DNA of 64,000 nucleotides from Turneriella sp. Its GTDB lineage: Bacteria; Spirochaetota; Leptospiria; Turneriellales; Turneriellaceae. A model generated the notes under the pieces. That model did no database searches. It was given only the letters and a program-made list of their open reading frames with translations, and was not told where the DNA came from. The stretch covers positions 3,680,001 to 3,744,000 of the forward strand of contig CBDIID010000003.1 of NCBI GenBank assembly GCA_965279515.1, written 5' to 3'. Made by a program: the position numbers and the translations under genes. This document shows positions 1 through 10,237 of the stretch, piece after piece. The number at the start of each line of letters is the position of its first letter. Position 1 is the stretch's first letter.

Positions 1-193
1 AATCGCCGGGCAGCGCGGCGCCAGTGGCCCACCAGGGATCGAGAATTTCTCCCTTGTAGTAAGGTAACTTGCCTTCTTTAGGAATAGAAACCTCAGTCAT
101 GTCTTTTCGGAAAGGCGGATTTTTATCCTTGCTGCAGGATATGAATCCGGTTGCAGAAAGTGAGAAGAGTACCGCCATAATTAAGTGTTTCAT
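1..193 (-). CDS. Lipoprotein, probable SCO/SenC family (N-terminal part, runs off window)
   Basis: Hand-translated from ATG at 193: MKHLIMAVLFSLSATGFISCSK...LPYYKGEILDPWW; lipobox; overlaps stop of upstream gene; SCO call rests on the LPYY..P.W motif and YHYH/MORN context. Confidence 0.5.
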   Translation of the reverse strand, partial: MKHLIMAVLFSLSATGFISCSKDKNPPFRKDMTEVSIPKEGKLPYYKGEILDPWWATGAALPGD

Positions 194-732
194 GTTTTCT
201 GTTTTACCGTGTCGCAGTTCTTACTTCCGGGAACGCCCGTCTGGCCTGTGGGGCCGACGATGATATTCTGATAGACCTGTCCGTTTTCGCGCAGTTGCTT
301 GTGGACGACGACGTTTCCGCTATCGTCGTATTTTTTGTACTCATAGACCTGACCGTTAGCGTACCAGCTCCACGATTCGCCTTTATACCGGCCATTTTCA
401 AATTCTGCATAAAACTTATATTTGCCATTGTCGTGCCAGCCGCGGTGCACGCCAACTTTGACGCCTTTTTTATAGCTACGTTCTTCGATGAGCGTACCAC
501 TTTCAGCCCAGGTCATAACCGGACCGTTTTCGTAACCGTCCTGGTAGGTTGTCAGGCGGCGGGCGTTTGTTCCGGCAAATTCCTGGGTGATTTCACCGTT
601 TAAAGGTTCGCCGTGGTAGAACATTTGTCCGCCGCTGCGCACACTCAGATTTTTATCGTCGAAGGTGACCTTGTATGTTTTGGTACAGGCCACCCCGATC
701 AATACCAGAAGTAATGTGCAGCTTTTGAGCAT
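190..732 (-). CDS. MORN-variant repeat (YwqK-like) lipoprotein
   Basis: Signal/lipobox then repeats such as YKKGVKVGVHRGWHDNG and FENGRYKGESWSWYANG. Confidence 0.75.
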   Translation of the reverse strand: MLKSCTLLLVLIGVACTKTYKVTFDDKNLSVRSGGQMFYHGEPLNGEITQEFAGTNARRLTTYQDGYENGPVMTWAESGTLIEERSYKKGVKVGVHRGWHDNGKYKFYAEFENGRYKGESWSWYANGQVYEYKKYDDSGNVVVHKQLRENGQVYQNIIVGPTGQTGVPGSKNCDTVKQKT

Positions 733-755
733 ATTCTCTCTGATGTTTCCGAATG

Positions 756-1787
756 TTAGTTGGTGGAAGTTCCCTGCACGCCTCTGAAATAGGAGCCAAC
801 TAATGTTTTTGTGCTAGTCGCGTATGTAGCGCCGGCGGCAGTCGCAGTGGCATCCTGTGAATAGTGATAATGATAAGTTGCAGTTGAAAAGTGTTTAGTC
901 GTAGTCGTATGGCCGTGCAGTCTGTCGAGAGCGGTAGTGCTACTACCTGCCGAGTCTGTTGTGCTGTTGCCGACTGCCGCGCTGCCGTTAAAAGTAAGCG
1001 TTTTGGCTCCAACTCCATCGTTCTGATCGCATTTTTCATCATATAGCGCATAGCCATCGAGCATAATGCCAAGAAGCGCCCCACTTGCCATGGAAGACGA
1101 AACTTTATAGACTTCGGAGTGATGGTGATAGATATTAGTTCCATCCGGATGACCGGCATAATTATCAAAAGTAAAAGCCTGCTGCGTTAGCGTGTCGCCC
1201 GGTGCAGCCGAATTGTTGAAGACCTGTAAGCCGTTAACCGTGATGCCAATCGTTGCTTGCCCGGCCTGAGTACTTGTTAACGTGCCTGACTGGGGGGTAG
1301 GATTGATAGGTATGTTGATGACAAAATTTTGTGTTGCAATGATGTTGGTTCCTGCCCCGTAATTCGTACCATTATCTGCGGTGAGCGAATAGCTATGATT
1401 AACCGTGAAGTTTTCATATAAAGTCCCTTTGTTCGTGCATCCACCATTCTTCGTCTGGCTGCCGCAATAGTAGTAGCTTTTATGATTCGGTAAATTTACG
1501 GACTTAAACACATAATTAGACCCGTCTTTATAAACAACCTGGCATTTGAAATTGTCTTTAATCCATGTAGGTAGATCAGAATCCAGCGCCGTGTTGACGT
1601 TCGTGACGCAGCCGCTGCCCGAATCGAGCGTGGCAGTCAGCGTCGAAACAGTACCGGTCGTGGTTTTTGCGCTGGCAATGTTTCCTAATTTTGTATCTGT
1701 GGTGACATTGCCGCAGCCAAGGCCCGCCAAAAAGAGCGAGGCCGCCGCGGCAAATCCGGTTTTAAAGGTCAAATGGGCTAATTTCAT
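756..1787 (-). CDS. YHYH-domain lipoprotein
   Basis: GHPDGTNIYHHH, LLGIMLDGYALY, LDRLHGH, YHYH motifs; start moved to MKLAHL. Confidence 0.8.
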   Translation of the reverse strand: MKLAHLTFKTGFAAAASLFLAGLGCGNVTTDTKLGNIASAKTTTGTVSTLTATLDSGSGCVTNVNTALDSDLPTWIKDNFKCQVVYKDGSNYVFKSVNLPNHKSYYYCGSQTKNGGCTNKGTLYENFTVNHSYSLTADNGTNYGAGTNIIATQNFVINIPINPTPQSGTLTSTQAGQATIGITVNGLQVFNNSAAPGDTLTQQAFTFDNYAGHPDGTNIYHHHSEVYKVSSSMASGALLGIMLDGYALYDEKCDQNDGVGAKTLTFNGSAAVGNSTTDSAGSSTTALDRLHGHTTTTKHFSTATYHYHYSQDATATAAGATYATSTKTLVGSYFRGVQGTSTN

Positions 1788-1931
1788 GATATTTTCCTCC
1801 AAGCATGCATAGGGAATCTGTATATAGATTCCATAACAGAATAAACCGGACACGATTTTTCCGCAATTTACGACATTTTTAAATGTATCGATCGAGGCAT
1901 TTTCCCGAAAATTGCGGGGGCTGCCGGGAAT

Positions 1932-2390
1932 TTATTCTGTTTCTTCTTTATAATCCAGGGCAAGCTGCCCCGGCCAGGTCCATGAAAAGCTGAGGATAGC
2001 CTTTGTGCCAGGCATATCCCAGCCGGCGTGGAAGACCGGAATCGAACGCTCGGCGGGACTACCCGTATCGGGTAAAGGCGACTCGATGAGTTCTTTCCAG
2101 GCAAGCGTGCCGGTTTCCTGCGGCGCGGTGGTAAATCCGCGCGCTTTTTGCGAATAGATAATGGATTTCAAAAGCACTGTCAGGTCATCGTAGGCGTTTT
2201 GCGTAAAATCGCCGTTGACACTGAAGCTCAGCACCGCCAGCTTATCGCCGCGGAATTGCAGGCGGTAAAACATTTCGCCGCCCGCAACGGTCTCGGTAAA
2301 CACGACTGTATCTGAGGTTTTGGCGACATGAGAAAATTCCGCTGCAAACTCAGCAGCTGTCATCTGGACCGGGATTTTCTCGAGCAGCAT
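1932..2390 (-). CDS. Hypothetical protein
   Basis: 152-aa ORF co-oriented with neighbours. Confidence 0.55.
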   Translation of the reverse strand: MLLEKIPVQMTAAEFAAEFSHVAKTSDTVVFTETVAGGEMFYRLQFRGDKLAVLSFSVNGDFTQNAYDDLTVLLKSIIYSQKARGFTTAPQETGTLAWKELIESPLPDTGSPAERSIPVFHAGWDMPGTKAILSFSWTWPGQLALDYKEETE

Positions 2391-2391
2391 G

Positions 2392-2787
2392 CTATTGCCT
2401 GAAACGGAAGGCGTAACCGTCGGCCTTCAAGGTGTCGCCGTCCTGGGTGTATTCGACCTGATAGACACCGTCGGCCTTGAGCTTAGCTGCTTCTTTCAGC
2501 ATTTCTTTTAAGACATCCGCTTTCTTTTTGCCGCCGCCGGAAACTTTACCGTCGACCACACCCAGCTCTTCGATATTGTCTTTGAGTGGCCCTTTGTAAT
2601 GCATGATCACGCCGGTGGTATCGAGATTGCCACCCGGGTTGCCGGCAGTCATGTCGAGGTAGGTAATCTGCCCGTTATCGGGATACTCACGCCGTGTCTT
2701 CGACGCACAGGCAAAAAGCAGGGCCAGGGAAAGCAGGGCGAGAGAGCGGAGCATGGCTACTCTTGCAGCGCTGAACGCGGTGGTCAA
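2392..2787 (-). CDS. Hypothetical lipoprotein
   Basis: LALLFAC lipobox; abuts downstream ORF. Confidence 0.6.
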   Translation of the reverse strand: MTTAFSAARVAMLRSLALLSLALLFACASKTRREYPDNGQITYLDMTAGNPGGNLDTTGVIMHYKGPLKDNIEELGVVDGKVSGGGKKKADVLKEMLKEAAKLKADGVYQVEYTQDGDTLKADGYAFRFRQ

Positions 2788-2829
2788 TTAAAAACGGTGA
2801 CGTGTCCATGGCGCGGTCCAAAACGACGT

Positions 2830-3732
2830 ATGAGGATATCCCCCGTTTGGGTTTTTGCGTTTTGCCTGCTTGCCGTTGCCGATTGCGGGGCGCTGCGGCG
2901 TAAGCCCGGCGCAGGCAAATATACAGACCATAAAATTACCGTCGCCGGGCGCGAGCGGGGTTATGTCCGCTATGAGCCCGCCGGCGCCGCGCCGCAAACG
3001 ATGCTGCTGCTTCTGCACGGCGGTGGCGGCAAGGCATCGGGTATGATTCGCCTCGCGCGCGATATGCCGGTGCTCGCTGATCAATACCATATTCTTCTTA
3101 TCTACCCTGAGGGTATCGGCGGGCACTGGAATGACGGCCGCGGCGATATCTCTGAGGCGGCGAAAACCAATGTCGACGATATCGGTTTTTTGCGCGCCCT
3201 TGCGGCCGAAGCCGGTTATCCGGGAAAAATCCGCCATGTATTCGCTGCAGGCATTTCAAACGGCGGCATGATGGCACAACGTATTGCCTGCGATATGCCC
3301 GATGTCGTTTCAGGTGTTGCCACGGTTGCCGCGAATTTACCCGTCGAACTCGAAAAGAAATGCCAGCCGGCAAAACCCGTGTCGGTGATGTTTATCGCCG
3401 GTATGGAAGATCCGCTCGTACCCTATGCGGGCGGGCCGGTCAAGGTACTCAGAAAAGAACGGGGGATGGTTCTCAGCATCGAAGACTCGCTCGCGTTCTG
3501 GAGCCGGCAATCGGCTTGTACTGCGAGCAGCGATGAGAATATGACGGCGTCGAGTTTTCTGCGGCGCTATAGCTGTTCTAAAGGTGGGCTGAAACTGATC
3601 GCCGTGAAAAACGGCGGGCATGCCTGGCCGGGCGGCATGCCATACCTGCCCGAGGCCATCATCGGCCGCACAAGCGATGAATTTTCTGCGTCAGAGAAAA
3701 TCATCGAATTTCTTGCGCACCGGAAAGATTGA
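2830..3732 (+). CDS. Alpha/beta-hydrolase esterase (LpqC/PHB-depolymerase-like)
   Basis: LLLHGGGG, GISNGGMM nucleophile elbow, GGHAWPG; start at MRISP signal peptide. Confidence 0.85.
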   Translation: MRISPVWVFAFCLLAVADCGALRRKPGAGKYTDHKITVAGRERGYVRYEPAGAAPQTMLLLLHGGGGKASGMIRLARDMPVLADQYHILLIYPEGIGGHWNDGRGDISEAAKTNVDDIGFLRALAAEAGYPGKIRHVFAAGISNGGMMAQRIACDMPDVVSGVATVAANLPVELEKKCQPAKPVSVMFIAGMEDPLVPYAGGPVKVLRKERGMVLSIEDSLAFWSRQSACTASSDENMTASSFLRRYSCSKGGLKLIAVKNGGHAWPGGMPYLPEAIIGRTSDEFSASEKIIEFLAHRKD

Positions 3733-3746
3733 ATATGCAGTTAGTT

Positions 3747-4145
3747 TCAGGGTATTTGCTTTCTGGTTTCGGATAGAGCGCTTAATGTTTCTGCATATAA
3801 CCCCGGAAATTCCCCGAGAAGTGCGTCGAAGCCTGAAGAACCGTATTCGCCCGTGGCCTCCTCTACCCGCTCGGCCAGGTGCGCCAGGCGGATCGCGCCA
3901 ATGCTGAGGCTGGCACCTTTGATCCGGTGTACTTGTTTGCTGATTTTTGAAAGATCGTGCTCTGTCGACGCGGTGGTTAAATCCGCCAGACTTGTGTCCA
4001 CCGATTCCCGGAAAGTTCTTATGAGTTCGTGAATCGTAGAACCTGTGGTGCGTCGAAGAAGGTTCTTGAGTTCGTGAATGCGTTTGGCGTCGACTAAGTC
4101 CGCGGCGGGATGCAGGTAATCTGTCATATGATGGTTTGGACGCAT
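3747..4145 (-). CDS. Hpt phosphotransfer domain protein
   Basis: VHRIKGASLSIGA Hpt motif. Confidence 0.85.
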   Translation of the reverse strand: MRPNHHMTDYLHPAADLVDAKRIHELKNLLRRTTGSTIHELIRTFRESVDTSLADLTTASTEHDLSKISKQVHRIKGASLSIGAIRLAHLAERVEEATGEYGSSGFDALLGEFPGLYAETLSALSETRKQIP

Positions 4146-4250
4146 ATTGCGCTCAAAAGGTGTGTATTTGCCTGCATTTGCTTTCGTTGACCTTATGAGT
4201 GCGATACGTTGTTCTGATGTCCTTGCGTCTTAAGGGACGGCGGCAAAGCC

Positions 4251-5969
4251 ATGAATACGACACCAGAATTGAAAGACGCAGGCCTCGAGCAGTTTTTAAC
4301 CAGGATTGAAAACCAGAAGAGGAATTTCATTTTATTCCTCGGCGGGCTCGTTTTTTTGGTTTCGATCTTCACCACAACAGTTCGTTTTCGGGCAGGTTTG
4401 TACGAGGTCGCGCTATCCAGCCTGTTGCTGCTGTTGGCTGCCGTTGCCACGCTGCCCCTCGCGTGGAAAAAACACGTCAATCTTGCAGCACACATTCTGC
4501 TGATTGTGGCATCCGTGACAATCGGCTTCAATCAATACGGAACGCGTTCGGCAAGTTTAGGGCCGATTCTGAATGTATTGGTTATTTTTGCGGGTGGTAT
4601 TTACCTGCTCTCACTGCGCTGGGGCATCGTCTACGGAGCTATAGGCGTGACCCGGGCCTTTGGTATAAAGATTCTGCAGGATAACGGTATTTTGCAGGGC
4701 GGTTCATCCGTATTGCCGGCTTCAGAATGGTACTCTGCCGTCGCCGCTTCGTATGCTGTCTGCGCCTATCTGCTGATCGTGAGGGATAGAAACAGTGCAG
4801 AAATGCTCGAACGTTACCAGCGTGCTGCAAACATTAAGCAACGTTTTATTGCTGAAATGAGCCATGAAATCCGCACACCGCTCAACGGTCTCATTGGCCT
4901 CGGCGAGGTTCTGGCCTCAAAAATTACGGATCCCGAGCAGCTGCATTACCTAAACACGATGCTCAATTCGGGGAAAACCCTGCTACGTATTGCCAATCAG
5001 GCGCTCGATCTGTCGCGCGTAGAAAGCGGTAATCTTGTCACGAAGCGGAATTTCAGCCCCGTGACTTTGCTGGAAGAAATTATTGCCTTGTACTCGGTTG
5101 AGGCCAGACGCAAGAATATTACCCTTGCCTTGCAGGTAGAACCCGGCACTCCCGGGAATGTTTTCGGCGCAGCGGATTCGATCGCCGCCGTGCTTACCAA
5201 TCTTCTGCAAAACGCTATCAAGTTCACCGATGCCGGGAGCATTACCATGAAAGTGGATGGCGTTCGGCTGGCTGATGAGAACTTCGCGGTTTTTACCGTT
5301 GCGGATACCGGCCGGGGGATACCCGAGTCTGAAATCACGGCGGTATTCGAGCCGTACAACCAGGGCGGGGTGGCAACGCCGACGGCAAAGGGCGCGGGCC
5401 TGGGCCTGGCGATTTGCCGGGAACTGACACGGCAGATGGAAGGGAACCTGGAGGTGCAAAGTACCTTCGGAAGCGGCAGTGTCTTTACCCTGCGTGTACC
5501 GTATGAGGCGGAGATCATATCAGCACAGGTTGAAAAATCTGTGCCTGACGGAACATATGAATTCCCGCGGGCACTGAAAATCCTCAGCGTCGACGACGAC
5601 GCAGTCAACCAGATGGTGATGAGCGCGCTCTTGGCAGATAAAAACGTAAATTTATCCAAGGCAATGGGAGGGCTCTCCGCGTTAGCCATGGTCGCGGCGG
5701 AAAAACCGGATATCATCCTGATGGACCTGAATATGCCTGATCTGAGCGGGTTCGAAGTGCTGCGCAGAATACGGCAGGCCGAAAATAGCGTGGGCGTGAA
5801 ACCGTGTCCGGTTGTGGCTGTTTCGGCCAGCGTGATGCCCGAAGAGATCGGGCAGGCCCTCGCCGCGGGATTTTCGGCGCACCTGGGCAAACCACTTTCG
5901 AAGGCCGATCTCTGGCATACAATCGTTAAAGTTCTAAGTCCGCTACAGTCGGCTGTCGCCGGGGGCTAG
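4251..5969 (+). CDS. Hybrid sensor histidine kinase/response regulator
   Basis: TM helices, SHEIRTPLNG H-box, NAIKFT, DTGRGI, GAGLGL, C-terminal receiver (ILMDLNMP). Confidence 0.92.
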   Translation: MNTTPELKDAGLEQFLTRIENQKRNFILFLGGLVFLVSIFTTTVRFRAGLYEVALSSLLLLLAAVATLPLAWKKHVNLAAHILLIVASVTIGFNQYGTRSASLGPILNVLVIFAGGIYLLSLRWGIVYGAIGVTRAFGIKILQDNGILQGGSSVLPASEWYSAVAASYAVCAYLLIVRDRNSAEMLERYQRAANIKQRFIAEMSHEIRTPLNGLIGLGEVLASKITDPEQLHYLNTMLNSGKTLLRIANQALDLSRVESGNLVTKRNFSPVTLLEEIIALYSVEARRKNITLALQVEPGTPGNVFGAADSIAAVLTNLLQNAIKFTDAGSITMKVDGVRLADENFAVFTVADTGRGIPESEITAVFEPYNQGGVATPTAKGAGLGLAICRELTRQMEGNLEVQSTFGSGSVFTLRVPYEAEIISAQVEKSVPDGTYEFPRALKILSVDDDAVNQMVMSALLADKNVNLSKAMGGLSALAMVAAEKPDIILMDLNMPDLSGFEVLRRIRQAENSVGVKPCPVVAVSASVMPEEIGQALAAGFSAHLGKPLSKADLWHTIVKVLSPLQSAVAGG

Positions 5970-5975
5970 CCTGTC

Positions 5976-7580
5976 ATGCGTGCGTATTTTCGTATACCCG
6001 CTTTTTTCGTTATTGCCATTGCAATTTTATTCTTAATCGACTGGTTCTTCGGTGCCCGTCTGCAAAATGCCCTGTTGGGTACCCTGCCACGTTCGCTGCC
6101 TTTGACCTTGCTGCTGCATGCGATTCTCGCCGCCGCGTACCTGTTGCCGCTGACGGGCCGGCAAGGAGTTGTGTCTGATGTCCTTTGCCTTTTTGTGGCA
6201 GCCGTTGCCTTGCTCGCACTCGTTGAAAATGGTGACGGTATTTTTTACCAGTTTGATGCGCTGGTCGCAGCGCAAAAAAAGTTGCTGGCTGATATTATTG
6301 CACTTCCGCCGGCGCGGCATCCCGGTTTGCCGTCCTTGCAGACATGCATCGGAATTCTCATTATGGCGCTGCTGCGGTTTACCAAGAGAAAATTCTCCGT
6401 ACATTCCTGGCAGTACGTTACCCACCTGCTGGCAGCATTGTTGGTTCCGTATTCTGCGCTCTGCGGTTATGCATTCCATGCCTTGCCTATCTATATCACA
6501 CCCGGTGAAAAATTTTCTTTATCGGGGATTTCCCCCATTACGATTGCCTTATTTTTTCTCAATTATTCTGTTTTGTTTCTGAAAAACCCCGAAAACCGGC
6601 TTTTCCGGGCGTATTTTGGGGGCAGGCATTGGTGCCGCATTCTGCGCAGCTTTCAGGATATCTCAATTTTATTTCCGCTGGGCGTCGGTATTATCAATAG
6701 CCTGGTTTTTCCCGGGCAGGGGTATTTTTTTGTCATCGCCCTGGCCGCGACCGCCTTACCGTTTATTGTCGCTGTCTTCAATCTCTATGTTGCTTCGGTG
6801 TTCATGGCGCGCGATCTCGAAGGCGAAAGGGCTGTACGTGAGTTGGAGGCTTCGCTGACACTGCACAAACAGCTCGATAGCCTGATCGCGCATGACCTGC
6901 GCTCTCCGTTTAACGGCATTCTCGGTTTAACGCAGGTACTGGCGAATCCCGCGACGCTGCCCGAAAGGGTACACGAGTATGCCACGATACTCAACGCCGA
7001 GGCGGCAAAGTTCTTCGAGTTGCTCAATGACCTGTTGCGCTGGAGTCACCGCAAGAAATCTTCCCTGATGCTCGAGTTTACGGATTTCTCTCCGATCGCC
7101 CTGTTCCAGTCCCTGGAAGAAACCTACCGCGCCGAGCTCACGCGGAAAAACCTGGGATTTGAACTCGAATGTCCCGAGAATTTCCGCATTCGGGGTGACT
7201 GGCAGCTGACGCATGCTATCCTGCGGAATTTTCTTTCGAATGCTATCAAATATTCGGTGAACGGTGAAAAAATCATTTTTGAAGTAAAAAAAAATGCCCA
7301 GAATGCATTGCTGGTGGTCAAGGATTCGGGCAGCAGCGCGGAACCGGCCGAAATCGTGCAGTTGTTGAGTGGCGAGGACAAACCGTCGCAACCGGGAACC
7401 ATGGGCGAGAGTGGGTTTGGCCTCGGCTTAAGAATCTGCAGGGAATTCGCGGAGCAGTTGCATGGAAAAATTTCCGTTGCGAGCGTATCGGGCAAAGGTA
7501 CGAGGTTTGTTTTTCTCACGCCACTCAACCAGCAGCAGGCATTGCGTGAAGCGGCCCTGGCTACCATTCCAGTGGTTTAG
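5976..7580 (+). CDS. Membrane sensor histidine kinase
   Basis: Multi-TM N-terminus, AHDLRSPFNG, NAIKYS, GFGLGL. Confidence 0.9.
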   Translation: MRAYFRIPAFFVIAIAILFLIDWFFGARLQNALLGTLPRSLPLTLLLHAILAAAYLLPLTGRQGVVSDVLCLFVAAVALLALVENGDGIFYQFDALVAAQKKLLADIIALPPARHPGLPSLQTCIGILIMALLRFTKRKFSVHSWQYVTHLLAALLVPYSALCGYAFHALPIYITPGEKFSLSGISPITIALFFLNYSVLFLKNPENRLFRAYFGGRHWCRILRSFQDISILFPLGVGIINSLVFPGQGYFFVIALAATALPFIVAVFNLYVASVFMARDLEGERAVRELEASLTLHKQLDSLIAHDLRSPFNGILGLTQVLANPATLPERVHEYATILNAEAAKFFELLNDLLRWSHRKKSSLMLEFTDFSPIALFQSLEETYRAELTRKNLGFELECPENFRIRGDWQLTHAILRNFLSNAIKYSVNGEKIIFEVKKNAQNALLVVKDSGSSAEPAEIVQLLSGEDKPSQPGTMGESGFGLGLRICREFAEQLHGKISVASVSGKGTRFVFLTPLNQQQALREAALATIPVV

Positions 7581-7598
7581 CAGGCTACTTGTATACGC

Positions 7599-8195
7599 TT
7601 AAATCCAGCCGTTGGATTTTGCCACGGCAACCGCTTCGGCAGATGTCTGTGCGGCGATAATATTTTTGATGTTCTTCTTATGGTATTCGACCGTCACACC
7701 GCGGATGCCAAGAATCTTCGCGATTTCCTTGTTCTTATGCCCCGATGCCATCAGGCGCAATATTTCAAGTTGTGCGCTCGTGAAGGGGACATGACGGCGC
7801 GGGGCTGTTGATGCATCAGGGAATACGGCTTTGCCATTCATGATCGCAACAATCTCATCTTTCGTGGCTTCAAAATCTGTCGTTTTCAGAATATAACCAC
7901 GGAAACCCAGGTCGCGGCAGCGTTCGATCACCATCGCGTCTTCGTCAGCGGAGTAAGCGATATAAACTTCATCGGGAAATTTGCGTTTGAGTGCCCGGAA
8001 ATCCCGCTCTAAATCGAACCGCGGCATATGCATGTCCATGAGCACGGCATCGGGGCCGTGTTTTTCAATCACCATGGCGGCGTGGCGGTGGTCGGGACAT
8101 TCAATCACCTGGGCAAAACCATCGATTTCAAGCAGCGCCTTTACGCCGATCACGATTACGGGATGGTCGTCAATGATAACTATCTTCAGAGGCAT
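7599..8195 (-). CDS. NarL/LuxR-family response regulator
   Basis: IIDDHPV receiver, MDMHMP, C-terminal GHKNKEIAKIL...TVEYH HTH; start at MPLKIV. Confidence 0.9.
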   Translation of the reverse strand: MPLKIVIIDDHPVIVIGVKALLEIDGFAQVIECPDHRHAAMVIEKHGPDAVLMDMHMPRFDLERDFRALKRKFPDEVYIAYSADEDAMVIERCRDLGFRGYILKTTDFEATKDEIVAIMNGKAVFPDASTAPRRHVPFTSAQLEILRLMASGHKNKEIAKILGIRGVTVEYHKKNIKNIIAAQTSAEAVAVAKSNGWI

Positions 8196-8282
8196 CCTTA
8201 AGCTTTGACAAATTTTCCACCTGTTTCTGCAATCCTTTTGCTTTTCCCTATGGTTTTCCATAGGGTAGGGTGAATTAATGCG

Positions 8283-8609
8283 TTACTGTTGTGGCCCTTG
8301 GCGGGTCCCGGGAGTCCCAAAAAGTGAATAGAAGATCTTTTTATCGTTATTTTCCGTTCTCGGCTCTGCCATCTTCTGTCCGCAATTAGCATACGCACCA
8401 CGGAGGGTAAATGGAGCTGGGTTGGGCATGCAGCGTCGGCGCGGGAAACCCAGGCGATCCGGGATTCGTCCTCCGGAGAAAAGCTGTTCATCCGACGTGG
8501 AAGCGGCAATCGGCAATCGTCCGTTTGATATTTGAAGTGTAAAAACTGCCGGTAATGATGCAGAGCCATCACGATTTCCGGAAATGCCTCCGGCGCTTTG
8601 AGCAATCAT
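8283..8609 (-). CDS. Hypothetical protein (uncertain)
   Basis: 108-aa ORF filling an intergenic gap; no motif. Confidence 0.25.
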   Translation of the reverse strand: MIAQSAGGISGNRDGSASLPAVFTLQISNGRLPIAASTSDEQLFSGGRIPDRLGFPRRRCMPNPAPFTLRGAYANCGQKMAEPRTENNDKKIFYSLFGTPGTRQGPQQ

Positions 8610-8714
8610 TTTCAGATTTCAATGCCGGTAGTGATTAACGGAAAAACCGATGGCGTCGATATGCCTACGCGAACCATCACCAATTGACTTGCCGCCCCCG
8701 GTGCCGCTGGACTT

Positions 8715-10064
8715 TTGCGCCTGTCGAACATGAGCAGTGAAATCTCCAAATTTATGGAGTCGGCAACCGATTCCGACCTCAAAGCGGAGCTCATCCGCTA
8801 TGTTTCGCTTTTTCAGATCAACGAAGTTCTCTCTTCTACTCTCGACTATGACGAAGTCTTGCGCCTGGTTTTGCAAGAGATGCGTACGCTCTCGGGCGCC
8901 GAGATTGCTTCCATTTTTCTCATCAACAAAGCCGACCAGGTGCTTGAGTTCGCAGCGACGACCGATGCAAAAGCTGACTTGCTGAAAAATATTCGTGTGC
9001 CGCTCGGCAAGGGTATCTCAGGGTATGTCGCTCAAACCGGCGAGTATGTGAACCAAGGCGATATCAAGAACGACGCCCGCTTTTATAAAGAGGTGGATAT
9101 CACCCGCGGCGGAGAAACAAAATCTTACCTGTGCGTGCCGCTGAAGCTGCGCGGCGAAATCAAAGGTACTGTGCAGCTCATGAACAAGGCCGGCGGCAAC
9201 CCCTTTAACGACGCCGATGTGCGCCTGATGCTGAATTTTTCCAGCCAGGCGGCGATGGCGATTGAGACGTCGTTACTCCACCGCGATGCACTTTCGAAAA
9301 AGGCATTCGAGCGCGATGTGCATCTCGCCGCCGACATACAGAAACAATCGCTGCCGCACACGATGCCACAGGTGCCGGGTTATGCCGTCTTCGGGCATAC
9401 CGAACCCGCGCAGGATGTGGGCGGGGATTATTTTCAGTTCATCAATCGTAACGACCGTACCGGTAATCTGAAGATGGATCTCATCGTTGCCGACGTTGCC
9501 GGCAAGGGTATTCCGGCTTCGCTCATTGTGTCGAATTTTCACGCAGCGTTGCAACTTTTGTCGCCGCTCTACGATACGCTGGGCGAGCTCGCATTTCAGC
9601 TCAATAATTTCATGCGCCAGAACCTGATTACTGGTACCTTCGTCACAGCTTTCATTGCGCGCCTCGATGCTGTGACCGGTAGAATGCATTATGTCAGCTG
9701 CGGGCATAATCCGCCGTATATCTTTCGCAATGCGGATGGCAAAATTACTGAAGAGCTTCTGCAGCAGAGCGGCACTGCCTTCGGCCTGAGATATGACATG
9801 GAGTACCGCGTGCACCGGCTCGACCTCAAGCCGGGCGAGACGGTACTGATCTATTCCGACGGCATTACCGAGGCGATGGATCCGCAGAATGTGCAGTACG
9901 AAACCGATCGTATGATTGCTTGCGTCAAGAAGGCGCTCGCTAATGCTGGCACCGGTAATCCGGCGGAAACCTGTGTGCAACGCCTGCGCGAAGATGTGGC
10001 GCGGTTTCGTCAAGGCGCTGTTGTGAACGACGATTTGACCGTGGTTTGTTTGCAAAGACAGTAG
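8715..10064 (+). CDS. GAF + SpoIIE/PP2C (RsbU-like) phosphatase
   Basis: GAF (GKGISGYVA, LCVPL), VGGDYF, ADVAGKG, YSDGITEA, DDLT. Confidence 0.92.
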   Translation: MRLSNMSSEISKFMESATDSDLKAELIRYVSLFQINEVLSSTLDYDEVLRLVLQEMRTLSGAEIASIFLINKADQVLEFAATTDAKADLLKNIRVPLGKGISGYVAQTGEYVNQGDIKNDARFYKEVDITRGGETKSYLCVPLKLRGEIKGTVQLMNKAGGNPFNDADVRLMLNFSSQAAMAIETSLLHRDALSKKAFERDVHLAADIQKQSLPHTMPQVPGYAVFGHTEPAQDVGGDYFQFINRNDRTGNLKMDLIVADVAGKGIPASLIVSNFHAALQLLSPLYDTLGELAFQLNNFMRQNLITGTFVTAFIARLDAVTGRMHYVSCGHNPPYIFRNADGKITEELLQQSGTAFGLRYDMEYRVHRLDLKPGETVLIYSDGITEAMDPQNVQYETDRMIACVKKALANAGTGNPAETCVQRLREDVARFRQGAVVNDDLTVVCLQRQ

Positions 10065-10237
10065 CGCGCCAGGCAGAGCAGGTCGTGCGCGATCTGCGTG
10101 CAGATGTATTACGTTACCGCAAAGGCGCTGAGGTGAGCGGCGACGTTACCGTAGTATGGATCCAGCGCATGCATCAGGCATAAAATCCTGCTTTGAAAAG
10201 CTATTGACAATACAGGTACATACGTTATCGCCCGGGC

